Source: a bacterium
Lineage (GTDB): Bacteria > Patescibacteriota > Dojkabacteria > SC72 > WJKH01
Assembly: GCA_029547225.1 (NCBI GenBank)
Contig: JAKPPS010000028.1
Location: 12,405-76,404, forward strand
Length of the DNA: 64,000 nucleotides
Direction: 5' to 3'
Under the pieces are notes generated by a model. It did not search any database and was not told the origin of the DNA. It worked only from the letters and a program-made list of their open reading frames with translations. This document shows, in pieces, positions 24,418-34,819 of this stretch. Within the stretch, counting starts at the first letter, position 1; each line of letters opens with the position of its first letter. The translations under genes and the position numbers were made by a program.

Positions 24418-24580
24418 TACTTGCTAATATAATTAATAAAGAATAATGCGTGACTGGGTTTGAAATATTTCGAGTTTTTTTTATTTTGTAGCAGGGCACA
24501 AAAAATTGATCTCCTATTCAATTCTCTACAATTATTTGGTATCATCTGATATATTATATAACCATTATTAAGTTTACTGC

Positions 24581-24655
24581 GGGCCTGTAGCTCAGTTTGG
24601 CTAGAGCATTTCACTGGCAGTGAAAGGGTCAAGGGTTCAAGTCCCTTCAGGTCCA
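24581..24655 (+). tRNA. tRNA-Ala(GGC), no encoded CCA
   Basis: Acceptor GGGCCTG/CAGGTCC with G3:U70. Anticodon stem TTTCA/TGAAA, loop CTGGCAG. T-arm AAGGG-TTCAAGT-CCCTT. Confidence 0.9.
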
Positions 24656-24868
24656 GTTCGTAACTTACTTCGCATATCTTCTTCATTTTTTCATTCGAAA
24701 ATCAAGCTAGATTCGTTTATTACCACTGTTCGCTTTTAAGCAAGATCAAAAGCATCACTTGGCTTCGTTAGTTACTCACTTGCCCTCGTAATTCCCTTCG
24801 GTCGTTACTCGGGTCCTATTCAAATACTTACTTCACACAGTTCACTTTTGATGCAAGATCAAAATCAT
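24656..24868 (+). repeat. tRNA-Ala-linked a-b-a intergenic repeat, copy 2
   Basis: Shares the 14-nt trailer GTTCGTAACTTACT with copy 1. The b unit CTTCGTTAGTTACTCACTTGCCCTCGTAATTCCCTTCGGTCGTTACTCGGG is ~90% identical to 18259-18309. The flanking a-type hairpin units are more diverged, and there is a ~55-nt insertion. Confidence 0.8.
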
Positions 24869-24980
24869 AATTATTTTTCTTTTTTTATTGAGAAGATAAA
24901 ATATAAATGGTATAATCCGAAGAATTGACAGTAAAAATTATGAGAAAAAACTGTCAAAAATAAATTTATATAGTATAGTA

Positions 24981-25913
24981 ATGGCAGAGACAAATAATAC
25001 AACATCAAAAGCGGCAGCAGCTTTTGCTAAAGTATCAGGAGAAAATAAAGTTGATACAGTAGAGAAAAAAGATTTCTCACAAAGTGTCCAGGAAACTAAA
25101 GATACTTCTCCTAAAACAATTGAAGCAGAAGTTGTAACTCCAAAAACAGAGACAACAGTATCCAGCACAGGTGCAACTCCAAATGCAACAACAAATGGAG
25201 AGAAGAAAAAAGGGTCAAAAGTATGGATTATTGTAATTTTAGTTATAGTATTACTACTTTGCTGTGGTTGTGGATCAATAGCGTTGATATCAAAAGTAGG
25301 TTGGGATGCAATTAAAAACTTCGATCTCTCAAATCCCGACTTTGAGTATTTACTCGATAATTCTTATGATGAGATAATTTTTTCAGATGATTCTAGCGAT
25401 ACAGATACTTCAAATGAATCAGAGACAGATTCAACTTCGAGCGAGGGTTTGACAAAAGTTGAAGGAGATAATTATATCATGTATTTTCCCTCTTCATATC
25501 AAGAATTAGTAGTTGAAGGTACTGAGAAAAACTATGTTTCAAAAGAATTTAATACTTCAGGTGGATTTAACAGTATAAATATGGTTACCATCGATACTGA
25601 TTCGACAAAGATTTTTTCTCAAAGTGATTGTGATGATCTTGCCGATTACTATACACCTGAGTTTGCTGCGACCTTTGAAATTGACGAGGAAGACATCTTT
25701 TCTAATCAAGATTTTGAAACAGTTAATGGAGTAAATATTTGTACTCTAGACTTTTCAATGTATTTTGAATCCAGTACCCTTTATTCAACTCAGAAAGTAC
25801 TTTCTAACAATGAGGATGAGTTGGTTGTCATCTATACAATTTCAAGGGATGATAAATATTCCGATGAAGGTTTACTACTTGAGAACGCACTAGAGCTATC
25901 AACTATCAAGTAA
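24981..25913 (+). CDS. Hypothetical single-pass membrane protein
   Basis: Low-complexity N-terminus, TM segment VWIIVILVIVLLLCCGCGSIALI, acidic extracytoplasmic domain. No motif recognised. Confidence 0.55.
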   Translation: MAETNNTTSKAAAAFAKVSGENKVDTVEKKDFSQSVQETKDTSPKTIEAEVVTPKTETTVSSTGATPNATTNGEKKKGSKVWIIVILVIVLLLCCGCGSIALISKVGWDAIKNFDLSNPDFEYLLDNSYDEIIFSDDSSDTDTSNESETDSTSSEGLTKVEGDNYIMYFPSSYQELVVEGTEKNYVSKEFNTSGGFNSINMVTIDTDSTKIFSQSDCDDLADYYTPEFAATFEIDEEDIFSNQDFETVNGVNICTLDFSMYFESSTLYSTQKVLSNNEDELVVIYTISRDDKYSDEGLLLENALELSTIK

Positions 25914-25939
25914 CTTCTTCGGTGTGGTAATTTGTATTT

Positions 25940-25974
25940 AAATCCCGCCGGGGAAACTCAGGCGGGATTTTTTA
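25940..25974 (+). terminator. Intrinsic terminator
   Basis: AAATCCCGCC-GGGGAAACTCA-GGCGGGATTT hairpin followed by a T run. Confidence 0.85.
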
Positions 25975-26053
25975 TTATTGACGAGTGAAGAATTTATTCG
26001 AAATGTGTAGAATGAGTGAGAAAGAATTTATCATAATTTTATTAAACAGAAAA

Positions 26054-28780
26054 ATGGAAAAATATAATCCAAAGGAGATTGAAAAAAAATGGCAAGAAAA
26101 GTGGGAGAAATCCGATATAAATAAGGCAGTAGATTTTGATAAAAGGCCAAAGTATTATGCTTTGCTTGAGTTTCCATATCCTTCAGGAGCAGGTATGCAT
26201 ATTGGCCATACACGAAATGATTCAATGATGGATGTAATGGTAAGGTTAAGGCGTATGAAGGGATACAATGTACTTTTCCCGATAGGTTGGGATGCATTCG
26301 GATTACCTACAGAAAATTATGCTTTGAAAACAAACAGAAATCCGGCTGAAGTAACAAAAGAAAATACAGATAATTTCTTGAGGCAGATGAAATCTTTGGG
26401 TTTGTCTTTTGATTATGATCGTATTGTTGATACTACTGATCCAAAGTATTACAAGTGGACACAATGGATTTTCTTGAAATTATTGGAAAAAGGATTAGCT
26501 TACAAAGCTGAAATGCCAATAAATTGGTGCCCGAAATGTAAAGTTGGGTGTGCTAATGAAGAAGTTATTGGTGGAGTACACGAAAGATGTAATACTCCAG
26601 TTGAAACAAAAAATCTCTCCCAATGGGTATTAAAAATTACTGAATATGCTGATAGATTATATGATGATCTTGATTATGTCGATTATCTTGAAAGTATAAA
26701 GATAAGTCAAAGGAATTGGATTGGACGAAAACCGTGGATTGATATTGAAATGCAAGTTGTCATGCCTGTCCAAGATCAAACAGTATCAAATAACACGGAT
26801 GAAACACCAGATATTGAATCAAATAATATCGATAAGGATAAAGTAAAAATAGCAGATGGTTTAAGATTGTTGGACCGCAAGAGTGATGATTCTGACTTTA
26901 AGAGAATTGAAGATGTTAAAATTACCATTGCTACTTCACGACCAGATACTAACTTTGGTGCAACTTTTGTAGTGTTAGCACCAGATTGTGATTATGTTGA
27001 ACACCTTAAGAAATATATGTCTTCAGAGACGATTTCTCGAGTAGAGGAATATTCCTTGCAAACTTCAAAGAAAACTCAAGCAGACAGAATATCCGAAGGA
27101 CGCAAAAAGACGGGAGTATTTACTGGATTGTATACTATTAATCCGTTAAACAATGAAAAATTACCAATATTCCTTGCCGATTTCGTAATGAAAGATGTCG
27201 GTACTGGAGCGGTAATAGGTGTTCCTGGACATGATCGTCGAGATTATGAATTCTCTCAGGTCTATGATTTGCCAGTAATAAGGGTTGTAAAAACTCTCGA
27301 TGGTAAAGATAGTGAAATAGAAAGTATAGATGATGTCCAAGAAGCAGAGGGTATTATGATGAATTCAGGGTTTCTTGATGGCATGGAGATACATGATGCA
27401 ATACCAGCTGTAATGGATTATCTAGAATCAAAGGGAGTTGGTAAAAAAGTAATAAGATATAATTTGCATGATTGGAATTTCTCGAGACAAAGATATTGGG
27501 GCGAACCAATTCCAGTCGTATTTTGTGATAAATGCGGTACCGTACCATTACCAGAAGAGCAGTTACCATTAACTTTACCTGAAATGAGTAAATATGAACT
27601 AACCGAAGATGGAACTTCTCCATTAAGTAAAGTAAGTGAATGGGTAAATACAACTTGTCCCAAATGTGGAGGTCCGGCAAAGAGAGAAACTGATACTATG
27701 CCTAACTGGGCTGGTTCAAGCTGGTACTTTATGAGGTATTGCGATCCTAACAACGATCAAGCACTTGCAGATAAAGATAAGCTTGATTATTGGATGCCTG
27801 TCGATTTCTATGAGGGAGGGTCCGAACATATTAATTTACATCTTCTTTATTCAAGATTCTGGTACAAATTCCTGGGTGATATCGGTTATGCATCAAATAA
27901 TAGACTCTCTGACGAAGAAGCAAAGAAGATCTTAGAATCTGGAAAAATAAAAGAAAGGCATCAGGAGGTACTAAAGGGTAGAGAACCATATCTTGCACGT
28001 GCAATCCATGGAATAGTGCTAGGTGAAGGTGGCGTAAAAATGTCCAAGTCGCTAGGCAATGTTATAAATCCAGATAATCTTATTGCAGAATATGGTGCGG
28101 ATGTAACGAGAGCATATATGTTGTTTATGGGACCATATGATGTAACATGTGAGTGGAGTGATAGGACAATAATTGGTGTTAGAAGATGGATCACAAGGAT
28201 GTGGAATTATATTGGCAAACAGATTGATGTCCTGCCAACCGATAACGATAATGCTACCGCGCCAATCTTAAACAATACTGCGGGTAATCATGAAGATGGT
28301 TTGGAGAAGTCCGATAAGATTTCTGATATAGGTCTTGCAGTAAAACAACTCGCGTATGAGGTTGAAGAGGATATTTTGGGATTAAAGTTTAATACAGCCA
28401 TCTCGTTAATCATGAAATTTATAAATGAGCATGAAGAGGATTTGTTAAATTATGATTCAGTTCTTGATTTGATTAAAATTATGGCGCCGATTACTCCCCA
28501 TCTTGCTGAAGAGTTATGGTTTCAAGTCGGTCAACCTTTCTCGGTTCATAATTCAGAATGGGTAAAATATAATGTATCTGATTTCAAGAAATCTACAGTT
28601 GTTATTCCAGTACAGTTCAATGGTAAGGTAAGGGGTAGGATCGAAATTAATGTTGATGCTGACGAGCAGTCGGTTATTGATTCGATTCTCGCGGATTCTT
28701 CTTTGAATCGTAATCTTCCTGAAGGTAAGTACAAGAAGGTTATCTTCGTTCCGAATAAAATAATTAATATTATCGTATAA
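26054..28780 (+). CDS. leuS: Leucyl-tRNA synthetase (ORF is open from 25985; likely start is Met24 at 26054)
   Basis: MEKYNPKEIEKKWQEKW is a typical LeuRS N-terminus. HIGH motif (GMHIGH), KMSKS motif (VKMSKSLGN), CP1 editing domain (TSRPDT), zinc-binding cysteines. Confidence 0.95.
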   Translation: MEKYNPKEIEKKWQEKWEKSDINKAVDFDKRPKYYALLEFPYPSGAGMHIGHTRNDSMMDVMVRLRRMKGYNVLFPIGWDAFGLPTENYALKTNRNPAEVTKENTDNFLRQMKSLGLSFDYDRIVDTTDPKYYKWTQWIFLKLLEKGLAYKAEMPINWCPKCKVGCANEEVIGGVHERCNTPVETKNLSQWVLKITEYADRLYDDLDYVDYLESIKISQRNWIGRKPWIDIEMQVVMPVQDQTVSNNTDETPDIESNNIDKDKVKIADGLRLLDRKSDDSDFKRIEDVKITIATSRPDTNFGATFVVLAPDCDYVEHLKKYMSSETISRVEEYSLQTSKKTQADRISEGRKKTGVFTGLYTINPLNNEKLPIFLADFVMKDVGTGAVIGVPGHDRRDYEFSQVYDLPVIRVVKTLDGKDSEIESIDDVQEAEGIMMNSGFLDGMEIHDAIPAVMDYLESKGVGKKVIRYNLHDWNFSRQRYWGEPIPVVFCDKCGTVPLPEEQLPLTLPEMSKYELTEDGTSPLSKVSEWVNTTCPKCGGPAKRETDTMPNWAGSSWYFMRYCDPNNDQALADKDKLDYWMPVDFYEGGSEHINLHLLYSRFWYKFLGDIGYASNNRLSDEEAKKILESGKIKERHQEVLKGREPYLARAIHGIVLGEGGVKMSKSLGNVINPDNLIAEYGADVTRAYMLFMGPYDVTCEWSDRTIIGVRRWITRMWNYIGKQIDVLPTDNDNATAPILNNTAGNHEDGLEKSDKISDIGLAVKQLAYEVEEDILGLKFNTAISLIMKFINEHEEDLLNYDSVLDLIKIMAPITPHLAEELWFQVGQPFSVHNSEWVKYNVSDFKKSTVVIPVQFNGKVRGRIEINVDADEQSVIDSILADSSLNRNLPEGKYKKVIFVPNKIINIIV

Positions 28781-28916
28781 GAATTAGTATTGAAAATAGT
28801 AAAGATAAATTCATAATGATTAATATCGAATATTTGCTTTATTCATATGAGTTGAAAAAATACTAACAATATACTATTATTAAATATCAATTTAAATTAG
28901 CATATGAAATCAAATT

Positions 28917-29630
28917 ATGGGAAGTGGAATTACAAGTGAGTTAAAGGGTCAGAAGAATATTTTACTAGCAGTTTTAGGTCTTTGTGTAGTATTATTTGTT
29001 GGTTTTTATTTATTAAACACGGGAACAATGAGTAATGTAAATGAAAGAATTAATGAAGATCCCGTTGTTGATTATCCAGAGGGAGATGAGAATATGTCAA
29101 AAAATAATAAATATAGTTCAGAGCCAGTAATGAGTTTAAAACCAAACACTGATTATCAGGCTGAGATAGTTACAGATAAAGGTACGATAGTAGTCGATTT
29201 ATACGAAGAGGATACTCCAAGAACAGTAAATAGCTTTGTATTTCTTGCAAACGATGATTTTTTTGATGGTTTGACATTTCATAGAGTGTTTCCAAATTTT
29301 GTAATTCAAGGTGGAGATCCTTTAGGTACTGGTATGGGCGGTCCAGGTTATAAATTTATCAATGAAATTGTTACAAAATATAAATTTGAACCATATGTTT
29401 TGGCTATGGCAAATGCCGGTGCAAATACAAATGGCAGTCAATTCTTTATCACAACAGGGACATCGAAAGGTAGTATAGAAAGTCTTGATGGAGATTATAC
29501 AATCTTTGGTAAAGTCTTGAGTGGTCAGTCGGTAGTTGATGCTATTGCACAAACTCCTGCAGATCCAAATTCTGGTGCGGTTACAGGAGTAAAGCCGGTA
29601 ATTACAACAATCAATATCTTAGAAAAATAA
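28917..29630 (+). CDS. Cyclophilin-type peptidyl-prolyl isomerase with an N-terminal membrane anchor
   Basis: FHRVFPNFVIQGGDPLGTGMGGPGY and MANAGANTNGSQFFIT. TM segment ILLAVLGLCVVLFVGFYLL. Confidence 0.9.
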   Translation: MGSGITSELKGQKNILLAVLGLCVVLFVGFYLLNTGTMSNVNERINEDPVVDYPEGDENMSKNNKYSSEPVMSLKPNTDYQAEIVTDKGTIVVDLYEEDTPRTVNSFVFLANDDFFDGLTFHRVFPNFVIQGGDPLGTGMGGPGYKFINEIVTKYKFEPYVLAMANAGANTNGSQFFITTGTSKGSIESLDGDYTIFGKVLSGQSVVDAIAQTPADPNSGAVTGVKPVITTINILEK

Positions 29631-29906
29631 CACCTTTATTGAGGATAATAGTGCTTTTTTATCGTTATTGCTCACTTACTCTGCATCTAACGTTCTTATC
29701 CTTATGTATGAGGTAATTATGTGGGTAGCACTTCACCTAATTATTAAAGTTTTTTATATAACCATGCGCTGATTTTCAAAAGCATGCGTCACCATTACAA
29801 TCCTTTCTCTGTACTGTAAAAGTATCATTTTCACATTCTTTACCGAGTCTTTTCTGTTTAATAATATATTCATTTTGAATTAATAATCTTGTATTAGAAT
29901 TAATAC

Positions 29907-30671
29907 ATGGTTGAAAAGAAAAAGCATTATTTAATTTTATTCGCTGTGGCTACACTCACATTATGTATCGGATATTTGCTAGGGGGGTTGGTAAGTGAAA
30001 GAAGCTGTACTTGTGATGAAAGTAACATACTAAGGGGGAGTATAAGCGTGTCGGCTGATGGTTCTGAATCAGGGGTTCTGGCAGCTGAGGAAGAAGATAC
30101 TGAGAATAATATTGTGGCGGAAGATGTCGATAACCTGAGTGAAGGCGTATATCTTGAGGGGGAAGTCGTCGCTGAAGATCAGGAGTGTGAGATACGTGTA
30201 GATGTAAATGGTGCGGTTGTGAAGCCAGGAGTGTTCTGTATGCAAAAGGGGGATAGAGTTGTAGATGCTTTGGCTAGTGCAGGGGGGGTTAATGAACAGG
30301 TTTATGCTTTCAAATACTTTGCACAAAGCTTCAACCAGTCCGAGCCTGTAACTGATGGGCAAAAAATATATGTACCTTTCTATGAAGATCAGAAGTGTAT
30401 TTTAGATACATCGGAAAGCGAGAAATATGCAAGTATCACTTCTGAGGAGATTAGTAAACCAGTGAAGGGCTCGGATAATTCAAGTGCATACGCCTGCACT
30501 AGTCTTAATAATGCTAGTCAGGAGGAGTTGGAATTATTAAGTGGGATAGGCGAATCTACTGCTCAAAAAATAATTGATAGTCGTCCTTACAGTAGAATTG
30601 AAGATATTATGGAAGTGAAAGGTATCGGAGAATCTATTTTTGCAAAGATCAAAAATGAAATATGTATTTAA
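29907..30671 (+). CDS. comEA: ComEA-type DNA receptor
   Basis: N-terminal TM, SLBB-like segment (VDVNGAVVKPGVFCMQKGDRVVDALASAGG), C-terminal tandem HhH (LELLSGIGESTAQKII...VKGIGESIFAKI). Confidence 0.8.
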   Translation: MVEKKKHYLILFAVATLTLCIGYLLGGLVSERSCTCDESNILRGSISVSADGSESGVLAAEEEDTENNIVAEDVDNLSEGVYLEGEVVAEDQECEIRVDVNGAVVKPGVFCMQKGDRVVDALASAGGVNEQVYAFKYFAQSFNQSEPVTDGQKIYVPFYEDQKCILDTSESEKYASITSEEISKPVKGSDNSSAYACTSLNNASQEELELLSGIGESTAQKIIDSRPYSRIEDIMEVKGIGESIFAKIKNEICI

Positions 30672-32499
30672 ATTGATAAAAACCTTACAATTTAGATTAC
30701 GCAAAAATATCCAATTCATTGTGGAAAGATTATCTCGAAGGTTTTTTTCCTTTGTTGAATATTATTATCAGAACATATCTGTTTATTTTTTCGGAACGAT
30801 AACAGCGTACTTGATTGTAGGTGCAATATTAACATATGAGTTATTTTTACAAAGGATAATCGCAAATTCTACAGTGTTTTCATGGCACATATTTAAAGTA
30901 GAAAAAAGCATTAGCCTAGTAAATACTGATGGTTCAACAAATGAGTTAATATTTGTTTTCACAATATTCGCTTTATTGGTGTTTTTCACGATGCTGATAA
31001 AACTTGCTATTACAGCGCTTTTGAAAGTAGTTTCACAAAAAAGACAGAACTACTTACTAATCAGACTTGTATTAAAAAGATGTTTCACAGATCTTTTTGC
31101 TCTATGTGTCGCGATAATCTCGCTATATTTATGTTTATCAGGTGCAAATGAGAGATATTTAATGAGTAATACTCTTATAGGTAAACATGAAGATCTTGAA
31201 GTTTACATATATAGTGAGCCAAGGGAAAAAGCAAATCATACTAATGTAATTTTAGCTGTATATCCCGAAACGATAGAAATAGATAAGTATAGTTATTCGA
31301 AGTTATATACGAGTGGTGATATTTTAATCTCAGCTGTAATACCCAAATATCCTGTTGTTATGCTCGGACAAAAATGCTTTCTAAATGGTGAATTAAAATC
31401 GCCTGAAAATTACTCTGATTTTGATTATGAAAAGATGTTAGGTACTAAACAGATCTATCTGACAGCATATCTTGAGAATATTAAGTGCGTAAATGAGAGT
31501 AATGGTTCTTTGATACGCAACAAAATATATATGTTTAAAAAAGTAATAATTTCTCAGATCGAAAAGAAATTTACTGAACCGACCGCTAGTTTGCTTGTTG
31601 GATTCATTTTCGGAGAGAATAGAGCGTTTAATAATCAATTGTCAGATGCTTTTATAAACACAGGGACATCACATATTATCGCCGCATCTGGATACAATGT
31701 GAACATACTTCTCTTAAGTATTAACAGTATATTGTCAGCTGTAGATAAAAAAAACAGAAGTAGGGTAAGTATTATCGTGATATGGGCATACTGCATTCTA
31801 GCTGGATTATCAGCATCAATAATCAGAGCTACAATTATGGCTTCAGTGGCAATAATTGGAAGTAACATCGGGAAAAATAGAATAACACTAAATGCATTAT
31901 TGATCACAGTCTGCATAATGATGATTATAAATCCGTTTGAAATATATAATGTAGGTTTCTTACTATCTGTAGGGTCGACATTAGCACTTATTGTTGTGCT
32001 CCCAAGTATCGAAAAAACGATAATCAATTTTAGAGCAAGTAATATACTATCGGACTATAAATATAGTCAAAATACAATAATATTGCAAGACGCAAAACGG
32101 ATATTAGGGGATATATCTACAAATGGGACTCAAACAATAGCGTGTACACTTGTTGTATTACCAATATTAATCGTAACGTTCAAACAAGTCTCGATCAGTA
32201 CTGTAATCGCCAATATATTAATTCTACCATTGGTAGAATTGGCACTTCTCATATGTCTTATATGGATTCTTATTAATTCATTAATACCTAGTTTGGCAAT
32301 TTTTATTACTTTTATACCAACTCTTATATGTAATCTTATAGCCAGTATTCTGAAGATAGTTGGTGATATTGAACCCGTGATTATCAACAATGCCAATAGT
32401 ATTCTTCCGCTATTAATTGTCGTCTATACTATGATACTATTCGTTTTTGTTCTAATTTTTTACCCTACAGTATATGAGAAAAATATGGGCATTGGTTGA
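30640..32499 (+). CDS. comEC: ComEC/Rec2 DNA-uptake channel (DUF4131 plus competence domain only); the tracked start overlaps comEA by 32 nt, so the true start may be later
   Basis: Many TM segments. Competence-domain signature GTSHIIAASGYNVNILL. No metallo-beta-lactamase domain in this ORF. Confidence 0.8.
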   Translation: MQRSKMKYVFKLIKTLQFRLRKNIQFIVERLSRRFFSFVEYYYQNISVYFFGTITAYLIVGAILTYELFLQRIIANSTVFSWHIFKVEKSISLVNTDGSTNELIFVFTIFALLVFFTMLIKLAITALLKVVSQKRQNYLLIRLVLKRCFTDLFALCVAIISLYLCLSGANERYLMSNTLIGKHEDLEVYIYSEPREKANHTNVILAVYPETIEIDKYSYSKLYTSGDILISAVIPKYPVVMLGQKCFLNGELKSPENYSDFDYEKMLGTKQIYLTAYLENIKCVNESNGSLIRNKIYMFKKVIISQIEKKFTEPTASLLVGFIFGENRAFNNQLSDAFINTGTSHIIAASGYNVNILLLSINSILSAVDKKNRSRVSIIVIWAYCILAGLSASIIRATIMASVAIIGSNIGKNRITLNALLITVCIMMIINPFEIYNVGFLLSVGSTLALIVVLPSIEKTIINFRASNILSDYKYSQNTIILQDAKRILGDISTNGTQTIACTLVVLPILIVTFKQVSISTVIANILILPLVELALLICLIWILINSLIPSLAIFITFIPTLICNLIASILKIVGDIEPVIINNANSILPLLIVVYTMILFVFVLIFYPTVYEKNMGIG

Positions 32500-32571
32500 G
32501 AGTTACAGTATGGAACCTATAGACTATTCTGCTGCACTCTCATTATTTAGTTTTACATACTATTTTGAAAT

Positions 32572-33753
32572 ATGAGCTCGACTCACTACAGGTTAGTAAT
32601 TATCTTCGCACTTCTTCTTCTGGCTTTATTTTTTTTTACTTCAGATCCATATGAGAGGTCGGTTGTAATACTTGATGTAGGACAGGGTGATTCTATACTT
32701 ATTACATCTGGAAACGATCAAATATTAATCGATGTTGGAGCTGATCGAAGTATTATTGATGCATTATCTAAATATATGCCATTGACTGATCGAACAATTG
32801 AATATCTAATAATTACACATAATCATTATGACCATTATGGTGGAATTAATGATTTATTAAGGTATTATAATGTCAACAATGTTATTTTTGTGAAACCTGA
32901 TTGCTTTGGAAAATATGATGATAATCTCTCGTGGAACAATAGCAGTTATACTTGTATTAATAGGCAAATCAACAGATTACAAGTTTCAGACGAATTGTTC
33001 ACCCTTCAGTTGTCTATATATTATCCTGATGAGTTGGATAGATATTCTCAGTTGAAAAATGATACGAAAATTGTAAATACTGGCAGTGTTTCACAGAATT
33101 CTAGCATAAAAAACGAAACTCTAGCGCCTGATTTACAAAATAAAATATGTAAAAATGAGAATAATTGCTCATTGATATCGTATGTAGAAATTACAAAAAA
33201 CAATACTCGGGATATTGATTCCGACAATCGTATATTCACAGAATACATAAGCCAGAGTAAGAAAGGATCAATTACAGCTTTTTTATACAATACTTTTACA
33301 ACATTTAAATTGAGTGTAACAGATTTTATACGAAATCGTTCAGGCGACTACATACTCTGGGGGAGTATACGAGATATATCAGAAGAAAGCCAAAAGTTAA
33401 ATATAAATAATGAATATTCTTCCAAAGGACTTTCTCAGCTCGATATCTTGTTAATGGGGGATGCTGAAACAGAATTAGAAGAAGAATATCTTGAATATCT
33501 AAGCTCAAACTCGATAGATATATTAGGAGAAAATGGAGGAGTAGAGGTATTGAAGGCTGGGCATCACTGTTCAAGAACCGCTTCTTCCCAATCTTTTATT
33601 GAGACGATTAATCCGATTTCCGCAGTTTGCAGTGTTGGAACTGATAACAAATTCGGTCATCCACATGCAGAGACTTTGGATCTTTTTGAAAGACTCGGAG
33701 TAGATGTTTATGATACCTCGATAGATGGTGATATTGTAATATTGTTACAGTAG
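32572..33753 (+). CDS. Membrane-anchored metallo-beta-lactamase-fold hydrolase (equivalent of the ComEC C-terminal nuclease domain, encoded separately)
   Basis: VVILDVGQGDSILI and ITHNHYDHYGG (HxHxDH), late KAGHHCS. About 150 aa of N/S-rich insertion between the motifs. Confidence 0.75.
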   Translation: MSSTHYRLVIIFALLLLALFFFTSDPYERSVVILDVGQGDSILITSGNDQILIDVGADRSIIDALSKYMPLTDRTIEYLIITHNHYDHYGGINDLLRYYNVNNVIFVKPDCFGKYDDNLSWNNSSYTCINRQINRLQVSDELFTLQLSIYYPDELDRYSQLKNDTKIVNTGSVSQNSSIKNETLAPDLQNKICKNENNCSLISYVEITKNNTRDIDSDNRIFTEYISQSKKGSITAFLYNTFTTFKLSVTDFIRNRSGDYILWGSIRDISEESQKLNINNEYSSKGLSQLDILLMGDAETELEEEYLEYLSSNSIDILGENGGVEVLKAGHHCSRTASSQSFIETINPISAVCSVGTDNKFGHPHAETLDLFERLGVDVYDTSIDGDIVILLQ

Positions 33754-33779
33754 TGATAAAATTACTCGTTAACAAATGT

Positions 33780-33853
<74 letters not shown>

Positions 33854-34007
33854 TATAATAATTAGATGGTGTCCCAGATTATAGTCAGTCGGATTATTGT
33901 CTTAATGGGCTTCCAAAGTGCATCTTAAGTGATAAAGTGATAAATAGTGAATCTGTTCTAGCTATATGTTCCGCTCATGAGTAGGTAGAATAATCTATAA
34001 TCAGTAT

Positions 34008-34397
34008 ATGAAAATGCAAAATCCCCTTTATAAACAGTTGATAATAGACCATTACAAAAATCCAAAAAATTTCGGCAATGTTGGTAAGTTAAAACTTCAT
34101 AACAAGGTTGAAAATGCTTCTTGTGGCGATGTTATAAATGTCGGGATGGAAATAGATGATAGTGGAGTTGTAAAATCAGTTGCTTTCGATGGTTCAGGTT
34201 GTGCTATAAGTATCGCATCAACGTCAATTTTACTTGATAGTCTAAAGGGAAAAACTCTTTCTGATATCAAAAAAATAAAATCGGGAGATGTACTAAAAAT
34301 GGTTGGTATGGAGGCTAGTAGTGGGAGAGTTAAGTGTGCTTTGCTAAGTTATGAAGGCATCAAAGAAATCGTGGATAAACTTGATAAGGCTCAATAA
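34008..34397 (+). CDS. Fe-S cluster scaffold / sulfur-transfer protein, SufU-IscU (NifU N-terminal) family
   Basis: LYKQLIIDHYKNPKNFG, the three cluster-ligand contexts ASCGD, GSGCAIS and VKCALL. Confidence 0.8.
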   Translation: MKMQNPLYKQLIIDHYKNPKNFGNVGKLKLHNKVENASCGDVINVGMEIDDSGVVKSVAFDGSGCAISIASTSILLDSLKGKTLSDIKKIKSGDVLKMVGMEASSGRVKCALLSYEGIKEIVDKLDKAQ

Positions 34398-34552
34398 AGC
34401 CGTTCAGAAGAATAAAACGTAAAAAATCCAATTTGATAATACTATTTCGTGTTCGAAAGCTTGTATCACTGGAAAAATTAGCTTGAATGTAGTATTATTT
34501 AGGCTAGATTGATATGAGTTTAAGGTATTCATCGCTCTTTATCAGTTTCTGT

Positions 34553-34626
34553 GCACCCGTAGCTTAATTGGATAGAGCATTGGTTTGCGGAACCAAAGGT
34601 TGACGGTTCGATTCCGTCCGGGTGCG
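34553..34626 (+). tRNA. tRNA-Arg(GCG), no encoded CCA
   Basis: Acceptor GCACCCG/CGGGTGC, anticodon stem TTGGT/ACCAA, loop TTGCGGA (positions 34-36 = GCG). Confidence 0.9.
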
Positions 34627-34819
34627 TTTTTTCACTTTATTTGCATTTATAAAATAACGGTTATAGACAAGACAGTAATTATTTATGGTATGCCACCAAC
34701 CAGATTGCGTTCCAATAATATCTTCCCATGACTACCCAAGCTTGTTTTGAATATTCTTGTTCGGTACGTTAAAATCTATTCTATCTGAACATATGATCCT
34801 AAATTAATTCTTTGCTGAC

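Noticed and set aside
18203-24868. tRNA-linked repeats as a CRISPR array.
   Set aside because: Each locus has only two hairpin units, with irregular spacing. The sequence between units is itself conserved between loci, so it is not unique spacer. No cas genes are present in the window.
30640-30671. The 32-nt comEA/comEC overlap as a sign of a frameshifted fusion.
   Set aside because: ComEA ends with its complete HhH pair. The ComEC ORF has alternative in-frame Met codons within a few residues. An ordinary overlap or a later start explains it.
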